From an uncultured Solirubrobacteraceae bacterium (GTDB taxonomy: Bacteria > Actinomycetota > Thermoleophilia > Solirubrobacterales > Solirubrobacteraceae), in NCBI GenBank assembly GCA_963714245.1, contig CAVQNR010000004.1, positions 438,804-502,803 of the forward strand: DNA of 64,000 nucleotides, written 5' to 3'. Below are positions 57,986 through 64,000 of this stretch, in pieces (position 1 is the first letter of the stretch; each line of letters starts with the position of its first letter). The notes below the pieces were generated by a model. The model searched no databases. It had not been told where the DNA came from and saw nothing but the letters and a program-made list of their open reading frames with translations. Both the position numbers and the translations under genes were made by a program.

Positions 57986-59071
57986 ATGGAAAGCGGTAGC
58001 TACCTGGCAGTCATCAAGGTCGTCGGCGTCGGCGGCGGCGGCACCAACGCCGTCAACCGGATGATCGACGCCGGGCTGCGGGGCGTCGAGTTCGTCGCAT
58101 GCAACACCGACGCCCAGGCGTTGGCGATGTGTGACGCCGACATCAAGCTCAACATCGGCCACCAGCTCACCAAGGGCCTCGGCGCGGGCGCGAACCCGGA
58201 GGTCGGCCACGGCGCCGCCGCCGAGTCGCGTGACGAGATCAAGGAGGCGCTGAAGGGCGCCGACATGGTGTTCGTGACCGCCGGCGAGGGAGGCGGCACC
58301 GGCACCGGCGCGGCGCCGGTGATCGCCGAGATCGCCAAGAACGAGATCGGCGCGCTGACCGTTGGCGTGGTCACGCGCCCGTTCGCGTTTGAGGGAAGCC
58401 GGCGCGCGACGTCCGCTCAGGACGGGATCCAGCGCCTGCGCGAGAACGTCGACACGCTGATCGTGATCCCGAACGAGAAGCTGCTCGGGATCGTCGAGCG
58501 GCGTACGACGATCCTCGATGCCTTCCGCGAAGCCGACAACGTGTTGCGCCAGGGCGTGCAGGGGATCACCGACCTGATCACGATCCCCGGTCTGATCAAC
58601 CTCGACTTCGCCGACGTGCGGACGATCATGTTCGAGGCCGGCTCGTCGCTGATGGGAATCGGCACCGCCGCGGGCGAGAACCGCGCCGCCGAGGCGGCGA
58701 AGATGGCGATCTCGTCGCCGCTGCTCGAGCAGTCGGTCGAGGGCGCCACCGGGATCCTGCTGAACATCACCGGCGGCGACGAGCTCGGCCTGTTCGAGGT
58801 CAACGAGGCTGCGGAGATCGTCCACAGCGCCGCCGACGAGAACTCGAACATCATCTTCGGCGCGGTGATCGACGAGAACCTCGGCGACGAGGTCCGGGTC
58901 ACGGTGATCGCGACCGGCTTTGACCAGGGGCGCTCGAACCCGTCCAGCGCGCGCGAGTTCACCCGCCGCGAGCGGCGCGACCGCGACGTCACGATGGACG
59001 ATCGCCAGCGCGACTCGCTCGAGATCTCCGACGACGACATCGACATCCCGTCGTTCCTCAAGGATCGCTGA
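57986..59071 (+). CDS. ftsZ: Cell division protein FtsZ
   Basis: [24 protein letters not shown]-terminal DIPSFL. Confidence 0.99.
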   Translation: MESGSYLAVIKVVGVGGGGTNAVNRMIDAGLRGVEFVACNTDAQALAMCDADIKLNIGHQLTKGLGAGANPEVGHGAAAESRDEIKEALKGADMVFVTAGEGGGTGTGAAPVIAEIAKNEIGALTVGVVTRPFAFEGSRRATSAQDGIQRLRENVDTLIVIPNEKLLGIVERRTTILDAFREADNVLRQGVQGITDLITIPGLINLDFADVRTIMFEAGSSLMGIGTAAGENRAAEAAKMAISSPLLEQSVEGATGILLNITGGDELGLFEVNEAAEIVHSAADENSNIIFGAVIDENLGDEVRVTVIATGFDQGRSNPSSAREFTRRERRDRDVTMDDRQRDSLEISDDDIDIPSFLKDR

Positions 59072-59089
59072 GGTAATAGCCTGCTCGAC

Positions 59090-60166
59090 GTGCCTGACGT
59101 CGCGCAGGAGCTGCGCCGCGGCCCGTTGCACGACCGCCATCTGGCCGCCGGCGCCAAGCTCGTCGGTTTCGCCGGCTGGGAGATGCCGGTCCGGTACTCC
59201 GGGATCTCGGACGAGCACCTTGCCGTCCGCGGCCACGCGGGCGTGTTCGACGTCTCGCATATGGGCCAGATCGAAACCCGCGGGCCACAGGCGGGCGAGC
59301 TGCTGCAGCGATTGCTGTCGGCCGACGTGCGGCGACTGCCGGTCGGCGGTGCCCAGTACAGCGTGCTGTGCGACGGCGACGGTGGTGTGCTCGACGACCT
59401 CGTCACCTACCGGATGGCCGAGTGCGAGTACCTGACGGTGACCAACGCCGCCAACCACGGCGCCGACCTGCAGTGGTTCGCCGAGCATGCCCGCGACCAC
59501 GACGCCGACGTCGTCGATCTGATCGACGGGTTCGCGATGCTCGCGGTCCAGGGACCCGCCGCGCGGACGATCGTCGGCGGGCTCTCAGACGGCCACTCGC
59601 CGCCGCGGATGCATTGCTGTGAGCGATCGATCGCGGGCGTCCCGGCGACGGTCTGCGGGACCGGCTACACCGGCGAGCCGGGCGTCGAGCTGCTGCTGGA
59701 CCCGGGCGACGCGCCGGCGGTCTGGGACGCGCTGCTGGACGCCGGAGCGGTCGCCGCCGGCCTCGGCGCCCGCGACACGTTGCGGCTCGAGGCGTGTCTG
59801 CCGCTGTACGGCAACGAGCTGTCTGCGCGCCGGGGGCCGATCGAGGCCGGGCTGGGCTTCTGCTGCGCTGAGCAGACGGGCTTCATCGGCGCCGAGGCGG
59901 TCGCGCGCGCCCGTGCCACCGGCCCGGCGCAGCGTCTGGTCGCGTTCGTGATCGACGGTGCGGGGATCCCGCGGCAGGGCAACCCGGTCGCGCAGGGCGG
60001 TGAGGTCACCTCCGGGACGATGTCGCCGAGCCTCGCGCGCGGGATCGGGATGGCGTACGTCCCGGCGGCGCTGGCGTCACCCGGCACGGCCCTTACCATC
60101 GACGTACGGGGCACCGAGCGTGCCGCGACGGTGCACCGCAAGCCCCTCTACGCCAAGGAGGCCTGA
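59090..60166 (+). CDS. gcvT: Glycine cleavage aminomethyltransferase T
   Basis: FAGWEMPVRY, FDVSHMG, AVQGP, TGYTGE, GLGARDTLRLEA. Confidence 0.97.
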   Translation: MPDVAQELRRGPLHDRHLAAGAKLVGFAGWEMPVRYSGISDEHLAVRGHAGVFDVSHMGQIETRGPQAGELLQRLLSADVRRLPVGGAQYSVLCDGDGGVLDDLVTYRMAECEYLTVTNAANHGADLQWFAEHARDHDADVVDLIDGFAMLAVQGPAARTIVGGLSDGHSPPRMHCCERSIAGVPATVCGTGYTGEPGVELLLDPGDAPAVWDALLDAGAVAAGLGARDTLRLEACLPLYGNELSARRGPIEAGLGFCCAEQTGFIGAEAVARARATGPAQRLVAFVIDGAGIPRQGNPVAQGGEVTSGTMSPSLARGIGMAYVPAALASPGTALTIDVRGTERAATVHRKPLYAKEA

Positions 60167-60173
60167 TCTGACG

Positions 60174-60569
60174 ATGGCCGATGCCAGCTACCCCGATGAG
60201 CTGCTCTATCACGCCGAGCATGACTGGGCCAGGATCGATTCGTCTGCCGGCGATCACGCGACGCTCGGGATCACCTGGTATGCCCAGGACTCGCTGGGCG
60301 AGATCGTGTTCTTCGATCCTCCGAAGCTCGGGGCGACCGTGACCAAGGACAGCCCCTACACCGAGGTCGAGTCCGTCAAGGCGGTGTCGGATGTGATCGC
60401 GCCGCTGACGGGCGAGATCGTCGCGGTCAACGACGCGCTGGCCGACAGCCCGGAGCAGATCAACGACGACCCGTACGGCGAGGGTTGGCTGGTCAAGATC
60501 AGCCTGTCCGATCCCGCCGAGGCCGAGGCGTTGATGGACGCGGCCGCGTATGAGGCGTCGCTTGACTGA
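60174..60569 (+). CDS. gcvH: Glycine cleavage H protein
   Basis: EHDW, GITWYAQ, ESVKA (lipoyl Lys), INDDPYGEGW. Confidence 0.97.
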   Translation: MADASYPDELLYHAEHDWARIDSSAGDHATLGITWYAQDSLGEIVFFDPPKLGATVTKDSPYTEVESVKAVSDVIAPLTGEIVAVNDALADSPEQINDDPYGEGWLVKISLSDPAEAEALMDAAAYEASLD

Positions 60570-60578
60570 ACCACGGGC

Positions 60579-61940
60579 GTGAGCACGAGCTACACCTCTG
60601 TCACGGAGGCCGATCGCCGCGAGATGCTCGAGGTGATCGGCGTCGCGTCGATCGAGGAGCTGTTTTCCGATGTGCCGGCGGCGCTGCGGCTGACCGACGG
60701 GCTCGCGCTTGATGTGGGGCGCTCTGAGCAGGAGGTGTACGCCGAGTTGCGCGCGCTCGCGGCGCGCAATGTCAGCACCGAGGATGAGCTGTCGTTCGTC
60801 GGCGCCGGGATGTATGACAACTACGTGCCGGCGCTGGTCGAGGCCTTGATCTCGCGCGCCGAGTTTTTGACGCCGTACACCCCGTATCAGCCGGAGGTCT
60901 CCCAGGGCGGGCTGCAGACGATGTTCGAGTATCAGACCGCGATCTGCGAGCTGACCGGCCTGCCGATCTCCAACGCCTCGGTGTATGAGGCCCCGAGCGC
61001 GGTCGCGGCCGCGGCCTACATCGCCAAGCACCACACCGAGCGTCGTCGCCTCGTCGTCTCAGAGGGCGTGCACCCGCACGCGATCGAGACGCTCGAGACG
61101 ATGGCGCATGGTTGGGGGATGCAGGTCACGACGGTCGCGCTCAACGCCGGTGCGACGGTGATGCCGCCACTGGCCGACGATGTCGCGGCGCTGATCGTCG
61201 CTCAACCGAACTTCCTCGGCGCGGTCGAGGATCTACAGGCGCTCGCGGACTCGGCTCACGCGGCCGGCGCGTTGTGCATCGCGTGCTGTGACCCGATCGC
61301 CCTGTCGCTGCTGCGCACGCCCGGCGAGTGCGGCGTCGATGTCGCGGTCGGCGAGGGTCAGACGCTCGGTAACCGGCTTGATTTCGGCGGCCCGTCGTTC
61401 GGTTTCTTCGCGGTCGCCGAGCCGTTGGTGCGGCGGCTGCCGGGCAGGATCGCGGGGGAGACGGCCGACCTGGAGGGGCGGCGCGGGTTCGTGCTGACGC
61501 TGCAGACGCGCGAGCAGCACATTCGCCGCGAGCGGGCGACTTCGAACATCTGCACCTCGCAGGCGCTCAACGCGCTCGCAGGCGTGATCTATCTGAGCTG
61601 GCTGGGCCGCAACGGGTTTGTCGAGCTTGGCGAGTTGCTGGTGCAGCGCACCGCCTACGCGCGAGCGCGGCTGGCGGCGTTGGACGGTGTCGCGCTGGCG
61701 CACCAGCAGCCGGTCTTTCGCGAGTTCGCGGTGACGCTGCAGGCGCCGGTTGACCGTGTGATCGACCGTTGCCTGCGCCAGGGGGTCAACCCCGGCTATC
61801 CGCTGGGCGACCACTATCGCGAGCATCCCCGGGGGCTTCTGGTCGCGATCACCGAACAGCGGTCGGCGGCCGACATCGACCGGCTGGTGACGGTGCTCGG
61901 CGAGGCGGTCCTCGCCGAGCGCGACGGAGCCCCGGCGTGA
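60579..61940 (+). CDS. gcvPA: Glycine dehydrogenase subunit 1
   Basis: YTPYQPEVSQG, FEYQT, NASVYE, FGGP, TREQHIRRERATSNICT. Confidence 0.97.
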   Translation: MSTSYTSVTEADRREMLEVIGVASIEELFSDVPAALRLTDGLALDVGRSEQEVYAELRALAARNVSTEDELSFVGAGMYDNYVPALVEALISRAEFLTPYTPYQPEVSQGGLQTMFEYQTAICELTGLPISNASVYEAPSAVAAAAYIAKHHTERRRLVVSEGVHPHAIETLETMAHGWGMQVTTVALNAGATVMPPLADDVAALIVAQPNFLGAVEDLQALADSAHAAGALCIACCDPIALSLLRTPGECGVDVAVGEGQTLGNRLDFGGPSFGFFAVAEPLVRRLPGRIAGETADLEGRRGFVLTLQTREQHIRRERATSNICTSQALNALAGVIYLSWLGRNGFVELGELLVQRTAYARARLAALDGVALAHQQPVFREFAVTLQAPVDRVIDRCLRQGVNPGYPLGDHYREHPRGLLVAITEQRSAADIDRLVTVLGEAVLAERDGAPA

Positions 61941-63439
61941 GGTCCGCCGCCGGCGAGGACGCGCTGACGATCTTCGAGCGCTCGCGCCCGGGGCGCCGCG
62001 CGTTCGCCGCGCCGCCGCTCGACGTTCCACCACGGCCGCTTGACGAGCTGCTGGCGCCGCGGCTGCGCCGCGCGCAGCCAGCGCGGTTGCCGGAGGTCTC
62101 AGAGCCCGAGATCGTCCGCCACTACACCCGGCTGAGCCGCCGCAACTTCGATCTGGACTCCGGCTTTTACCCGTTGGGGTCGTGCACGATGAAGCACAAC
62201 CCGCGGCTGCACGAGCGGGTCGCGGCGTTGCCCGGCCACGCACGCCTGCATCCGTTGCAGCGAGCCGAGCGGGCGCAGGGGGCGCTTGAGCTGATGTGGC
62301 GCCTGCAGGCGGCGCTCGGCGAGATCTCCGGGCTGGCGCACGTGTCGTTGCAACCGTCAGCCGGGTCCCACGGCGAGCTGGCCGGAGTGCTTCTGACCCG
62401 CGCCTACCACGAGGACCACGGTCAGCGGCGCACACAGGTGCTGACCCCCGACACCGCGCACGGCACCAACCCGGCGACGGTCACGATGGCGGGCTATGAG
62501 GTGGTCAAGGTCGGCACCGACGCCAACGGCAACATCGATCTCGAGGACCTCCGGGCGAAGGCCTCCGAGGAGGTCGCGTGCCTGATGCTGACCAACCCGT
62601 CGACGCTCGGGCTGTTTGAGCCGGCGGTCGCGGAGATCGCCGAGATCGTCCATCGGGTTGGCGCGACGCTGTACTACGACGGCGCCAACCTGAACGCGAT
62701 CATGGGCATCTGTCGCCCGGGCGACATGGGCTTTGACATCGTGCATTTCAACCTGCACAAGACCTTCACCCAGCCGCACGGGGGCGGCGGTCCGGGCGCC
62801 GGACCGGTCGCCGTGTCGGATCGGATCGAGCCGTTTCTGCCGCGGCCGGTGGTCGTCCGCCGGCCGGCGGAGGACCCCGACGGTTCGGCGTTCTACCAGC
62901 TCGACTACGACCGCCCCCGATCGATCGGACGGTTGCGCGGCTTTCAGGGCAACTTCGGGGTGTTCGTTCGAACCTATGCCTACATCCGCTCGTTGGGGGC
63001 CGGCGGCCTGCGCGAGGTCTCTGAGACCGCGGTGCTGAACGCCAACTACCTGCTTGCGCGGCTGCGGTCGCTGGGGGTGCTTGAGCTGCTGCCCGTCGCC
63101 TACGATCGTCGCTGCATGCACGAGTTCGCACTGTCGGGCGCGCCGATGAAACGCGAGTTGGAGATCCGCACGCTCGATCTCGCCAAACGGCTGCTGGACT
63201 TCGGCGTGCATCCGCCGACCGTCTACTTCCCGCTGCTGGTCGAGGAGGCGCTGCTGATCGAGCCGACCGAGACCGAAACGCGTGAGACGCTGGACGCGTT
63301 CGCGCAGACGCTCGCCGAGATCCTGACCGAGGCTGCCGAGGATCCGGAGATCGCGCGCGGCGCCCCGTATACGACGCCGGTGCGGCGCCTGGACGAGGCC
63401 CGCGCGGCACGCCGCCCGGTGCTCAGGCAACCGCTGTGA
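61937..63439 (+). CDS. gcvPB: Glycine dehydrogenase subunit 2
   Basis: YPLGSCTMKHNP, AHGTNPA, YYDGAN, HFNLHKTF..PHGGGGPG, HPPT. Confidence 0.97.
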   Translation: MRSAAGEDALTIFERSRPGRRAFAAPPLDVPPRPLDELLAPRLRRAQPARLPEVSEPEIVRHYTRLSRRNFDLDSGFYPLGSCTMKHNPRLHERVAALPGHARLHPLQRAERAQGALELMWRLQAALGEISGLAHVSLQPSAGSHGELAGVLLTRAYHEDHGQRRTQVLTPDTAHGTNPATVTMAGYEVVKVGTDANGNIDLEDLRAKASEEVACLMLTNPSTLGLFEPAVAEIAEIVHRVGATLYYDGANLNAIMGICRPGDMGFDIVHFNLHKTFTQPHGGGGPGAGPVAVSDRIEPFLPRPVVVRRPAEDPDGSAFYQLDYDRPRSIGRLRGFQGNFGVFVRTYAYIRSLGAGGLREVSETAVLNANYLLARLRSLGVLELLPVAYDRRCMHEFALSGAPMKRELEIRTLDLAKRLLDFGVHPPTVYFPLLVEEALLIEPTETETRETLDAFAQTLAEILTEAAEDPEIARGAPYTTPVRRLDEARAARRPVLRQPL

Positions 63440-64000
63440 CCGCGTCGGAATCGATCGACCGCGCGGTCGCCGCCGAGGCGGCAGAGATCGCGGCACGGGC
63501 CGAGGACGAGCTGGCCCGGCTGGTCGACATCTCCTCTCCGTCGGGCGACGTCGAGGGCGCCGAACGCGTGATCGAGGTCTGCATCGAGCTGCTGCCCGAC
63601 GGTGCCGAGATCCAACGGCCGCCGTGCTCGACCGCCGGGTCGGCGCCCGACCTGATCGCGACCGTCCGCGGGACCGGCGAGCGCCGGATCCTGTTGCTCG
63701 GCCACGTCGACACCGTCTTCGGCCACGACGCTCACCAGCCGCTGCGCGCCGACGGGGAACGGCTGTACGGCTCGGGCACGGTCGACATGAAGGGCGGCGA
63801 CGTGCTCGCGCTCGGGGTCGCCCGCGCGCTCGCTGTGCGACCGCAGGCGTTCGCCGAGCTGTCGGTGCTGATGGTCTGCGACGAGGAATGGCGGGTTGCG
63901 CCGTTCACGCACGTCGAGCGGTTTGAGGCCTACGACGCGTGCCTGTGCTTTGAGGCGGGCCATCTCACCGCCGACGGCCGCGAGGGGGTCGTGGTCAAGC
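63436..64000 (+). CDS. M20/M25/M40 family metallopeptidase (glutamate carboxypeptidase-like), 3'-truncated by window edge
   Basis: Hand-translated (absent from ORF track): LARLVDISSPSGD, LLGHVDTVF, GSGTVDMKGG, CDEE; GTGA overlap with gcvPB. Confidence 0.9.
   Translation, partial: MTASESIDRAVAAEAAEIAARAEDELARLVDISSPSGDVEGAERVIEVCIELLPDGAEIQRPPCSTAGSAPDLIATVRGTGERRILLLGHVDTVFGHDAHQPLRADGERLYGSGTVDMKGGDVLALGVARALAVRPQAFAELSVLMVCDEEWRVAPFTHVERFEAYDACLCFEAGHLTADGREGVVVK

Overview
High-GC housekeeping region, most consistent with a Solirubrobacterales/Thermoleophilia actinobacterium (inferred from gene content and order; no database check). Order: tRNA-Val(GAC) flanked by two paralogous secreted Cys proteins; thrS-infC; a ~6.9 kb accessory block (ECF sigma factor with two paralogous membrane proteins, a frameshifted AbiEi/DUF559 gene, an ABC exporter and a NarL-type two-component system); rpmI-rplT-TrmH-pheST-argCJBD; CHAD protein; two coiled-coil proteins; dnaE; zwf-nfo <> gltX; HDOD-LuxR; CymR-like Rrf2, cysK, cysE; a mannosyl/glycosyltransferase cluster; an OmpR-type two-component pair; the dcw cluster (mraZ to ftsZ); gcvTH-PA-PB; a truncated M20 peptidase. 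No CRISPR array, integrase or transposase was seen. Best candidates for new biology: (1) an ArsR-SRPBCC <> clpP module inserted in the dcw cluster, with twin operators and an SsrA-like degron on the SRPBCC protein; (2) palindromic intergenic elements, including three abutting perfect 24-bp GCATGC-centred palindromes and a 170-bp hairpin; (3) a recurrent TANNNT-N9-start architecture; (4) a sigma28-type promoter upstream of an HDOD-LuxR regulator.
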